A DNA stretch of 64,000 bases. Source: Planctomycetota bacterium (GTDB lineage Bacteria > Planctomycetota > UBA1135 > UBA2386). The first letter of the stretch is position 1; each line of letters begins with the position of its first letter. The translations under genes were made by a program, and so were the position numbers. The notes beneath the pieces are model-generated. The model had not been told where the DNA came from, did not search any database, and saw only the letters and a program-made list of their open reading frames with translations. Location: NCBI GenBank assembly GCA_965228735.1, contig OZ245838.1, forward strand, positions 4,032,001 to 4,096,000, written 5' to 3'. This document shows positions 8,173-16,481 of this stretch, piece by piece.

Positions 8173-9846
8173 ATGGTGACCGAAGCCCCGAAGGACCACG
8201 AAAGCCCCGCGGCAACGGCGGACGGCGACCGCCGCTTCCTCGAGGAAGCGCTGCGCAACGCGCCCGCCGGCGAAGCCGCGGAGATCGAACGCCTCGCCAC
8301 CATGGGGATGATCCCCATGGAACGGGCGTATCAGATCTGGGCGGACATGCTCGGGCTCACGTTCTACGACCTCGACAACCAGCGCACGAACCCGCACGTC
8401 CGGCACCTGATCCCGGTCGACCTCGTCTCACGCCACGAGACGATCCCGATCAGCACCGTCGACGGCGTCCTCGTCGTCGCGCTCAAGAACCCGTTCGACC
8501 TGGCGGCCGTCGACGAGGTCCAGGAGGTCACGGGCATGTCGGTCGAGGTCGCGCTGGCGACGCCCGACGCGATCCGACGCGCGATCGAACGCCTCCACCG
8601 CGGGGCCGCCGGCATCGAGGGCTTGATCCAGAAGCTCGAGAAGGCGGAGATCGACACCGTCGCCGACGGCGACAGTCTGCGACGCCTCGTCGGCCACGAC
8701 GCCGTCGTGCAGCTCGTCGATCACCTGATCGAAGAGAGCCTGCAGGCCCGCGCCAGCGATCTGCACGTCGAGCCGCAGCGCGACCAACTGCGACTGCGGG
8801 TCCGAATCGACGGCGAGATGCAGACGCTCTACGAGCTGCCGCCCGGCCTGCACCGCGCCGTCGTCGCCCGGATCAAGGTCGCCTCGGGCATGGACATCGG
8901 CGAGAGCCGCAAGGCCCAGGACGGCCGCATCGCGGTGTCCGACAACGTCGAGCTGCGCGTGTCCGTGCTGCCGAGCGTGCTCGGCGAGAAAGCCGTGTTG
9001 CGCGTTCTCGACCGCAGCACGGCATCGCACGATCCGGCGAGCCTCGAGATGTCGCCGGCGAACCTCGATCGCTTCCGCCGCGCCTACACCCACCCGACCG
9101 GCATGGTGCTGCTCACCGGCCCGACCGGCTCCGGCAAGACGACCACGCTCTACACGGCGCTCGGCGAACTCAACCGGCCGGAGCGCAACGTCGTGACGGT
9201 CGAGGACCCGGTCGAGTACGAGATGGCCGGCGCGACCCAGGTCCAGGTGGACCCGAAGGCCGACCGCACGTTCGCGAAGGCGCTGCGCAGCATCCTGCGC
9301 CAGGACCCCGACGTCGTGATGGTCGGCGAGATCCGCGACACGGAGACCGCCGCGATCGCGGTGCAGGCAGCGCTCACGGGTCACATGGTGCTCAGCACGC
9401 TGCACACGAACGACGCCCTGGCCGCCGTGCACCGCCTCGACGACATGGACGTCGCGCCCTACCTGCTCGGCCCGGCGTTGCGCGCCGTCGTCGGCCAACG
9501 CCTCGTGCCGCGGATCTGCAAGTCGTGCTCGACCACCGCGGAGCCGATGCCGGGACTGCTCGCGGAGTTCGGTCTCGACCCCGACGGCCGGCACGACGAG
9601 TTCCGCACCGGCAGCGGCTGCGCCACGTGCCGTGGCCGCGGTCGACGCGGCCGCATCGCGATCCACGAGGTGCTCTACATCACCCCGGAGATCGCCGCCG
9701 CGATCTCCCGCAAGGCCGCCCGCGAAGAGGTCCACGCACTCGCCGACGCCGCGGGCTACCGCCCGATGCTCATGGACGGACTCGACAAGGCCCGCGCCGG
9801 GCTCGTGACCCTCGAGGACGTCGCCGCGATCGCGCGCATCCACTGA
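8173..9846 (+). CDS. GspE/PilB-family pilus assembly ATPase
   Basis: ASDLHVEP, QDGRI, Walker A GPTGSGKTTTLY, TVEDPVEY, LRQDPDVVMVGEIRD, TGHMVLSTLHTND, and a tetra-Cys zinc motif (CKSC..CATC). True start lies inside track ORF 7159..9846. Confidence 0.96.
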   Translation: MVTEAPKDHESPAATADGDRRFLEEALRNAPAGEAAEIERLATMGMIPMERAYQIWADMLGLTFYDLDNQRTNPHVRHLIPVDLVSRHETIPISTVDGVLVVALKNPFDLAAVDEVQEVTGMSVEVALATPDAIRRAIERLHRGAAGIEGLIQKLEKAEIDTVADGDSLRRLVGHDAVVQLVDHLIEESLQARASDLHVEPQRDQLRLRVRIDGEMQTLYELPPGLHRAVVARIKVASGMDIGESRKAQDGRIAVSDNVELRVSVLPSVLGEKAVLRVLDRSTASHDPASLEMSPANLDRFRRAYTHPTGMVLLTGPTGSGKTTTLYTALGELNRPERNVVTVEDPVEYEMAGATQVQVDPKADRTFAKALRSILRQDPDVVMVGEIRDTETAAIAVQAALTGHMVLSTLHTNDALAAVHRLDDMDVAPYLLGPALRAVVGQRLVPRICKSCSTTAEPMPGLLAEFGLDPDGRHDEFRTGSGCATCRGRGRRGRIAIHEVLYITPEIAAAISRKAAREEVHALADAAGYRPMLMDGLDKARAGLVTLEDVAAIARIH

Positions 9847-9859
9847 CGCAGGCCGCGCG

Positions 9860-12481
9860 CTATTTCACGACGAGGTTCACGAGCTTGCCGGGGACGACGA
9901 TCTCCTTGATCACCGTCTTGCCCTCGAGGTAGCTCGCGACGGCCTCACGGGCGGCTGCCAGCACCGCGTCCTTCGCGGCGTCAGCTGCGACCTTGATGCG
10001 CGCGCGCACCTTGCCCTTCACCTGCACGGCGATCTCGATCTCGTCATCGACGAGCATGGCTTCGTCGACCGTCGGCCAGGTCGCGCGCGCGAGCAGCCCT
10101 TCGCCGCCGAGACGCGCCCACATCTCCTCGCCGAGGTGCGGCGCGAACGGCTGCAGCAGCTGCGCGAACCGCAGCAGCTGACCGCGACTCAGCTTGTCCT
10201 GCGCCTTGGTCGCGTCGTTCACGAAGATCATCATCGCCGAGATCGCCGTGTTGAACGCGAGACGCTCGATGTCGCCCTCGACCTTGTGGATCGTGCGGTG
10301 CAGGCGCTTCTCGATCTCGGGATCCCCGTCGCGATCGGCCGTGAGGTAGTCGTGCACCGGCCCGTTCTCGGGGAACTCCGGCACGACGAGCCGCCAGGCG
10401 CGCTGCAGGAAGCGGTAGATCCCGGGCACGTCCTTGGGGTTCCACGGCTTGCTGTCCGCGAGCGGCCCCATGTACATCTCGTAGAGCCGCAGCGTGTCGG
10501 CGCCGTACTCGGACACCACGTCGTCCGGGTTGACGACGTTGCCGTAGCGCTTGCTCATCTTCGTGATGACGCGCTCGAGCTTCTCGCCCGTCTCCTTGTG
10601 GACGACGTCGTCGCCGACCTCCTCCGCGTCCTTCCACGGCACGACGGAGCCGCGCGCGTCCTTGTACGCGAACGACTGGATCATGCCCTGGTTGTAGAGC
10701 TTGTGGAACGGCTCGTCGCAGGCCACCGCACCGCTGTCGTGCAGCACCTTGGTCCAGAAGCGCGAGTAGAGCAGGTGCCCGACGGCGTGCTCCGTGCCGC
10801 CGACGTAGAGATCGACCGGCAGCCAGTAGTCGCTCGCCGCCTTGCTGCAGAACTCGGCGTCGTTGTGCGGATCGCAGAAGCGCAGGAAGTACCAGCTCGA
10901 ACCCGCCGCGCCCGGCATCGTGTTGATCTCGCGCTGCGCCTTCCTGCCGGCCGAGTCCGTCGTCTCGACCCAGTCACGCGCACGGATCAGCGGCGACTCC
11001 GGCACGCCGCCCGGCTCGAAGTCCGCCATGTCCGGCAGCTCGACCGGCAGCTGGTCATCGGGCACGAGCTCGACGCCGCCTTCGGTGTGCAGCACCGGGA
11101 ACGGCTCGCCCCAGTAGCGCTGCCGCGAGAACAGCCAGTCGCGGATCTTGTAGGTCGTCTTGGCCTCGCCGCGCGACCGCTCCTGCAGCCAGTCGATCAC
11201 CGCGCGCTTGCCTTCCGCGACCGACTTGCCGGCGAGCGCGAGCGATCCGTCCGGGGTCCGGCAATGGTCGGCGTACGGCACCTCGCCCGTGACGCACGCC
11301 TCGCCGCGCGCGACCCTCGCATCCACTTCGGCGTCGCCCGTGTCGGGCGCGAAGATCCCGGGCACCGCCAGACCGAACTTCTGCGCGAACTCGAAGTCGC
11401 GCTCGTCGCCGGCCGGAACGGCCATGATCGCGCCCGTGCCGTAGGTCACGATCACGTAGTCCGCGATCCACACCGGAATCTTGCTGCGCTCGTCGTCCGC
11501 CGGAAACAGCGGGTTCAGCGCGTATGCGCCGGTGAACACGCCGGTCTTGTCCTTCGCGAGATCGGTGCGCTCGAGCTCGCTCTTGCTAGCGGCCTGCTTG
11601 ACGTAGGCCTCGACCGCTTCGCGCTCGCCCGCCGTCGTGATCGCGCCCACGAGCGGATGCTCGGGCGACAGCACCATGAACGACGCGCCGAACAGCGTGT
11701 CGGGCCGCGTCGTGAACACGCGGATCTTCGCGTCCTCGTGACCGTCGACGTCGAACTCGATCTCCGCGCCCTCGCTCTTGCCGATCCACTCGCGCTGCTG
11801 CGCCTTCAGCGAGTCGCTCCAGTCGACCTCCTCGAGCCCGGTCAGCAGCCGTTCGGCGTAGTCCGTGATCTTGAGCAGCCACTGCCGCAGCGGCCGCCGC
11901 TCGCACGGGTGGTCGCCGCGTTCGCTGCGCCCGTTGATGACCTCGTCGTTCGCGAGCACCGTGCCAAGCGCCTCGCACCACCAGACCGGCGCGTTGGACT
12001 CGTAGGCCAGACCGCGCTCGTGCAGCCGCTTCCAGATCCACTGCGTCCAGCGGAAGTACTTCGGATCGGCCGTGCTGATCTCGCGATCCCAGTCGTAGGA
12101 GAAGCCGAGCGTCTGCAGCTGCCGGCGGAACGTGTCGATGTTCTGCGCCGTCGTCTTCGCCGGGTGCGTGTTGGTCTGAATCGCGTATTGCTCGGCCGGC
12201 AGGCCGAACGCGTCCCACCCCATCGGATGCAGCACGTTGAAGCCCTTGGCCCGCTTGTAGCGCGACACGATGTCCGTCGCCGTGTAGCCCTCGGGGTGAC
12301 CGACGTGGAGCCCCGCCGCCGACGGGTAGGGAAACATGTCGAGCGCATAGAACTTCGGCTGACTCGCGTCGAAGTCCGGCTCGCCCGGATTGACCGCGCG
12401 AAACACCTTGTTCTCCTGCCAGAACCGCTGCCACTTCGGCTCGATCGTTCCGGGGTCGTAGACTTGTTTGGTGTCAGCCAT
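9860..12481 (-). CDS. leuS: Leucine--tRNA ligase
   Basis: IEPKWQ, MFPYPSAAGLHVGH, MGWDAFGLPAEQYA, FTTRPDT, GTGAIMAVP, SRQRYWGEP, KMSKR; start MADTKQ at ATG 12481. Confidence 0.98.
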   Translation of the reverse strand: MADTKQVYDPGTIEPKWQRFWQENKVFRAVNPGEPDFDASQPKFYALDMFPYPSAAGLHVGHPEGYTATDIVSRYKRAKGFNVLHPMGWDAFGLPAEQYAIQTNTHPAKTTAQNIDTFRRQLQTLGFSYDWDREISTADPKYFRWTQWIWKRLHERGLAYESNAPVWWCEALGTVLANDEVINGRSERGDHPCERRPLRQWLLKITDYAERLLTGLEEVDWSDSLKAQQREWIGKSEGAEIEFDVDGHEDAKIRVFTTRPDTLFGASFMVLSPEHPLVGAITTAGEREAVEAYVKQAASKSELERTDLAKDKTGVFTGAYALNPLFPADDERSKIPVWIADYVIVTYGTGAIMAVPAGDERDFEFAQKFGLAVPGIFAPDTGDAEVDARVARGEACVTGEVPYADHCRTPDGSLALAGKSVAEGKRAVIDWLQERSRGEAKTTYKIRDWLFSRQRYWGEPFPVLHTEGGVELVPDDQLPVELPDMADFEPGGVPESPLIRARDWVETTDSAGRKAQREINTMPGAAGSSWYFLRFCDPHNDAEFCSKAASDYWLPVDLYVGGTEHAVGHLLYSRFWTKVLHDSGAVACDEPFHKLYNQGMIQSFAYKDARGSVVPWKDAEEVGDDVVHKETGEKLERVITKMSKRYGNVVNPDDVVSEYGADTLRLYEMYMGPLADSKPWNPKDVPGIYRFLQRAWRLVVPEFPENGPVHDYLTADRDGDPEIEKRLHRTIHKVEGDIERLAFNTAISAMMIFVNDATKAQDKLSRGQLLRFAQLLQPFAPHLGEEMWARLGGEGLLARATWPTVDEAMLVDDEIEIAVQVKGKVRARIKVAADAAKDAVLAAAREAVASYLEGKTVIKEIVVPGKLVNLVVK

Positions 12482-12586
12482 CGGTGCTCTCGTGGGGTCG
12501 ATCCGCCCCGGCGTCCGAGATCGGGCCCGGCCCGAGATCGGGCGAAGCAGTATGCCGGATCCGACCGGGCGGGCAAGATCGGCGAC

Positions 12587-12877
12587 ATGCGCTTCCCGAA
12601 CGACACCAACTTCCACCTGCGCATGGCCACCGTGCTCGTCGCCGCACTGTTCCTCGAGCACCTCGCGGAACAGCACCTGCCGAACTGGTCCTCGCCGCGG
12701 ATCGGCATCCTGCCGTTCGCCCTCGGCCTGGCCTGGGTCGGGCTCTTCGCGTGGCATCTCGCCAACACGGGGCGCGAACGGATCAAGGTGCTCGAGGACC
12801 GCCTCGAGCGCCTGACGACGCGCACGGATCACCTCGAGGACACGGAGCGATCGCGCCGGTCGCTGCCGCCGCTCTGA
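12587..12877 (+). CDS. Small hypothetical membrane protein with C-terminal coiled coil
   Basis: Last 96 aa of track ORF 10136..12877: two hydrophobic segments then RIKVLEDRLERL; fills the gap between leuS and the IS. Confidence 0.65.
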   Translation: MRFPNDTNFHLRMATVLVAALFLEHLAEQHLPNWSSPRIGILPFALGLAWVGLFAWHLANTGRERIKVLEDRLERLTTRTDHLEDTERSRRSLPPL

Positions 12878-12897
12878 GCGCCGCGGGCAGCAGACGC

Positions 12898-12908
12898 GCG
12901 GCTACTGG
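12898..12908. repeat. Left target-site direct repeat GCGGCTACTGG
   Basis: Identical to 14118-14128 and abuts the left inverted repeat. Confidence 0.85.
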
Positions 12909-14117
12909 ATACTGATGTCATCAGTGTGGATTCGACGGATTCCCAGCCGATTCCGCACCCGCCCATTGCACGACCTCGGAGGGCCTTCGCGCCATCCGGA
13001 GTCAGCAATGAAGTTCATCCCGCCGCGATGCCCCTATCCCGACTGCGAGCAGTTCGCGCAGCCAGAGCCACGGTTCTTCGTGCGCTACGGCCACTACAAG
13101 CCGCGATGCCGAAGGTGGCCGGTCCCCAGATTCCGCTGCCGGAGCTGCAGGCGGACGTTCTCGCGTCAGACGTTCCGGCACGACTACCGGGACAAGCGCC
13201 CCGAGTGCAATGTCCCGCTCTTCGAGCTGCTGACAAGCGGGTGCGGCCTGCGCCAGGCCGGGCGACTGCTCGAGCTGGACGTTCACGCCGTCCAACGGAA
13301 GTTCCGCAAGATCGCGCGGACGTGTCGCTGGCTGCATCGCAACCTGTGCTGGCGACTTCCGGCAGGTCGCACGTTCGTGTTCGACGAGGAGGAGACCTAC
13401 GAGAAAGCGTCGATCAAGCCGCTGACGTTGCCGATCCTGATCGACCGCGACACCTACTTCATGGTCGCCACCATGGTTGGGCCGATCCGGCGACTAGCCC
13501 CGAGCGGCACTGACCGCCGTCGCAAGCAAGAGTCACTCGAGCGCCGTAGCGGGCGTCGTCGAGACCGTAGTCGGCGATCCGTGCAGGCCGTGCTCACGGA
13601 GCTCCGCGGTCGAGTCGAAGTCGGTGCGGTGCATCTCCTCAGCGACGAGAAGGCGATGTATTCGCGCCTCATTCGGATCGTCTTCCGTGACGACGCAACG
13701 CACGACACGACGCCTTCGACCCAAGTACGAGGCACGTTCAACCCGCTGTTTCCGATCAACCTGACCTTGGCGATGAGTCGCGACAACTGCGGACGACTGC
13801 GGCGCGACAGCTGGCTGGTCACTGAGAAGCGCCGTTGCCTTCAGTTCCAGATGTGCATGTTCGTGGTCTACCGAAACTACGTGCGCAAGCGTCACAACCA
13901 CGACGCTCCCGGGGACACGCCAGCGGTCTTGCTCGGACTCGTCGAGCGTGCCCTGCACGCCGACGAGGTGCTCCGCTGGCGCCAGGATTGGAGGCGATCG
14001 AGCTGCCATCCGATGAGTCGATCCGGGCTGCGCGAGGTTGCATAGACGGTCGAACGTTCGTTAACTCCTCTGCGCCGACGAGTTACCCGGGTCTGACAAC
14101 ACTCTTGGCATCAGTAT
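12909..14117 (+). mobile_element. Insertion sequence, IS1-family-like, ~1.2 kb
   Basis: Left end ATACTGATGTCATCAGTGT versus reverse complement of right end ATACTGATGCCAAGAGTGT (16/19 match); flanking direct repeat; single transposase ORF. Ends uncertain by 1-2 bp. Confidence 0.85.
13008..14045 (+). CDS. IS1-family-like transposase (Zn ribbon + HTH + RNase H-like core)
   Basis: CPYPDC..FRCRSC zinc finger, GLRQAGRLLELDVHAVQR HTH, FDEEET, LSDEK, RLRR, YRNYVR..TPAVLLGL; ATG 13008 preceded by GGAG. Confidence 0.8.
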   Translation: MKFIPPRCPYPDCEQFAQPEPRFFVRYGHYKPRCRRWPVPRFRCRSCRRTFSRQTFRHDYRDKRPECNVPLFELLTSGCGLRQAGRLLELDVHAVQRKFRKIARTCRWLHRNLCWRLPAGRTFVFDEEETYEKASIKPLTLPILIDRDTYFMVATMVGPIRRLAPSGTDRRRKQESLERRSGRRRDRSRRSVQAVLTELRGRVEVGAVHLLSDEKAMYSRLIRIVFRDDATHDTTPSTQVRGTFNPLFPINLTLAMSRDNCGRLRRDSWLVTEKRRCLQFQMCMFVVYRNYVRKRHNHDAPGDTPAVLLGLVERALHADEVLRWRQDWRRSSCHPMSRSGLREVA

Positions 14118-14128
14118 GCGGCTACTGG
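14118..14128. repeat. Right target-site direct repeat GCGGCTACTGG
   Basis: Identical to 12898-12908; contains the TAG stop of the minus-strand gene 14122..14784. Confidence 0.85.
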
Positions 14129-14784
14129 GTCAATCGGTCGTTCGCCGCCTCCGCGGCCGCGACCGCGCGGTCGACCTCGGCGGCCGCCGCCTGCATGCGT
14201 TCGCGCGTCGCCGCGTCGACCCCTTCGGAGAACGCCAGCCCACCCTCGCCATCGACCGACCAAGAACCGTAGTGCTCCTGCGCGAGCTTCAGCAGCGCCA
14301 CCCCGGCCGTCGCGGACGCGACCTCGGCCTCGAGCCACGCTCCGACCCGCTGCATGCGGTCCTCTTCCACGAAGGCCTTGATCGCTTCCTCGACCGCGGA
14401 CTCGGGCATGCCGCCCTCGCGCAACCGCGCCGCGAAGCGTTCGCCCGTCGTGGCATCGGCCACCGCGATCGCGAGATGACCGGACAGCTCGTCGTAGACC
14501 GCGAGCCGCGCCCCGATCTCCTCCTTCGAATCGATCGTCGAGAGGTCGGCGCCACCGAGCTCCAGGAGCCGGTCGAACTCGGCCGACACGGCGGTGAGCG
14601 TGCGATGGAACTCCGACGTGAAGTTCGACGTCGCCTTCGCGAGACCGAACCCGAGATAGACGCCGAAGCCGACGAGGCCGATCATCAGCAGACCCGCGAC
14701 GGCGAGGCCGATCCACGCGGCCGGCGGCAGTCCGGAACGGCGCTTCGGCTGGGGCACGGGCGGCGGTTCGTCGTAGTCGGGCAT
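14122..14784 (-). CDS. Hypothetical membrane-anchored helical protein
   Basis: Pro-rich N-terminus, single TM, helical C-terminal region; typical codon usage. Confidence 0.75.
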   Translation of the reverse strand: MPDYDEPPPVPQPKRRSGLPPAAWIGLAVAGLLMIGLVGFGVYLGFGLAKATSNFTSEFHRTLTAVSAEFDRLLELGGADLSTIDSKEEIGARLAVYDELSGHLAIAVADATTGERFAARLREGGMPESAVEEAIKAFVEEDRMQRVGAWLEAEVASATAGVALLKLAQEHYGSWSVDGEGGLAFSEGVDAATRERMQAAAAEVDRAVAAAEAANDRLTQ

Positions 14785-14861
14785 GTCCGCATCTCAGGTG
14801 ATGGGCGCGGAGAAAACAACTCGCAGCGGGGTCGAGCGCCTCCTGGACCTACCATCCGGGA

Positions 14862-15419
14862 ATGGCGACGGAGTCCGACAGTTTCCTCGCGGCCGTGCGC
14901 ACCGAGTTCGGGCGCTATCGCCGCCTTGCCGAGATCGCGATCGAACAGGTCGACGACGCGGCGCTGCAGACCGCGATCGGCAAGGACGGCAACTCGATCG
15001 CCGTGCTGCTGCGGCATCTCAGCGGCAACCTGCAGTCGCGGTTCACCGACTTCCTCACGACCGACGGCGAGAAGCCGTGGCGCGATCGCGACGGCGAGTT
15101 CGTCGACCCGGGCGCCGAACGCGCGCAGCTGCTCGCGGACTGGACCACCGCGTGGCAGGCCGTCGACGACGCGCTCGCCGCGGTCGCGACGGCCGGCCCC
15201 GACGTCTGGTCCCGCGACGTCGTCATTCGCCAGCAGCAGCTGACCGTCGCCGACGCGCTGCTGCGCTCGGTCGCCCACGTCGCGAATCACGTCGGCCAGA
15301 TCGTCCTGCTCGCGCGCCACGCCGCGGGCAGCGCGTGGGTCTCACCTTCGATTCCGCGCGGGGAATCCAAGGCCTACGCCGAGAACCCGACGCGCGAGAA
15401 GTCACCCGACGATCGGTGA
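14862..15419 (+). CDS. DUF1572 / DinB-superfamily protein
   Basis: NSIAVLLRHLSGNLQSRFTDFLTTDGEKPWRDRDGEF and HVANHVGQIV. Confidence 0.9.
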   Translation: MATESDSFLAAVRTEFGRYRRLAEIAIEQVDDAALQTAIGKDGNSIAVLLRHLSGNLQSRFTDFLTTDGEKPWRDRDGEFVDPGAERAQLLADWTTAWQAVDDALAAVATAGPDVWSRDVVIRQQQLTVADALLRSVAHVANHVGQIVLLARHAAGSAWVSPSIPRGESKAYAENPTREKSPDDR

Positions 15420-15443
15420 TGGCCCCGTGACGGCCGGCGCCGG

Positions 15444-16097
15444 CTACTTCGCGTGCCGATACCGCAGCACGAACGCCGGCGGTACGTTGCGCATCACCGG
15501 GCCGAGGCGTTGGAAGCCGGCGAAGCGTCTGCGCATCATCGCGCGAAAGCGGCGCGCGGCCTTCATGCCGTAGGCGTGCACGTACTGGAACGTGCTGAAC
15601 TCACCGTCCGTCGCGCGCAGCGCGTCGACGATCGCGTCGCTGACGCCGAGCTGGACCGGCTCGGGCAGGCTCGCGAACGGCAGGCCCGAGAGAATCCGCG
15701 ACGGCGGCGGCAGTTCGCGTTCGCGCAGGATCGCGGCCAGGTCCGCGGCCGAACCCTGATGGAAGTCCATCGTCGGGAAGCGCCCCTGGAGCAGGCCATG
15801 GAAGCCGGTGTCGAGTTCGACGCCGAGGTAGCGCACGCCTTCCGGCAGCACCTCGTTGATCACCGCAGTCATCGGGCCCGTGCCCGGTCCGAACTCGACG
15901 ACGAGTTCACCCGGCTGCAGCGTGTCGAGGCGCCCGACGAGCGCGCGCGCGAGGAAGCGCGAGCTCGGGAGCACTGCGCCGACCGACCCCGGACTCTTGA
16001 GGAACGACCTGAAGAACCCCATGCCGTCACGCATCCGCCCGGACCGCGCGGGCGATGCGGATTCGGTCGACTTCGGCATCCCGGGATCTTCGTTCAC
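15444..16097 (-). CDS. Phospholipid/ornithine-lipid N-methyltransferase (PmtA/OlsG family, class I SAM)
   Basis: FFRSFLKSPGSVGAVLPSSRFLARA, VEFGPGTG, SGLPF, FQY, RNVPPA. Start is GTG 16097 or ATG 16079. Confidence 0.85.
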   Translation of the reverse strand: MNEDPGMPKSTESASPARSGRMRDGMGFFRSFLKSPGSVGAVLPSSRFLARALVGRLDTLQPGELVVEFGPGTGPMTAVINEVLPEGVRYLGVELDTGFHGLLQGRFPTMDFHQGSAADLAAILRERELPPPSRILSGLPFASLPEPVQLGVSDAIVDALRATDGEFSTFQYVHAYGMKAARRFRAMMRRRFAGFQRLGPVMRNVPPAFVLRYRHAK

Positions 16098-16131
16098 GTT
16101 GCGCGATTATTCGAGGCAGCCTTCGTGATGG

Positions 16132-16452
16132 TCAGGCCAGCGCGTCACCGAGCACTTCGACCGGACCGCTCAGCACCTTCGCCGAGCACGCGAGGCGACA
16201 GTCGTCACCGACCCCCATCCGGGCGAGCGTCCCCGCTTCGTGATCTTCGGGCGCGGCGAGCGCCGCGTCGCCGTGGAGTGCGATCTGCACGGCATCGGTC
16301 CCACACATGCCGCGCGTGCAGCCCGTGAGGATCTCGACGCCGGCCATCTCGGCGGCCTGCAGCAGGGTCGTGCCCGGTTCGACGAACACGGCCTTCTCGC
16401 CCGCACCACCCGATCCTGCCGAGTCACGGAATCTCACCTCGACGAGGTCCAT
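16132..16452 (-). CDS. 2Fe-2S ferredoxin-like protein (third Cys replaced by Asp)
   Basis: GTTLLQAAEMAGV..GCTRGMCGTD..RLACS. Confidence 0.85.
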   Translation of the reverse strand: MDLVEVRFRDSAGSGGAGEKAVFVEPGTTLLQAAEMAGVEILTGCTRGMCGTDAVQIALHGDAALAAPEDHEAGTLARMGVGDDCRLACSAKVLSGPVEVLGDALA

Positions 16453-16481
16453 GCAGCCGGGATACCGTCCCGCGCGCGCCC

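Noticed and set aside
10136..12586. N-terminal ~800 aa of ORF 10136..12877
   Set aside because: Antisense shadow of leuS; only the last 96 codons look like a real gene.
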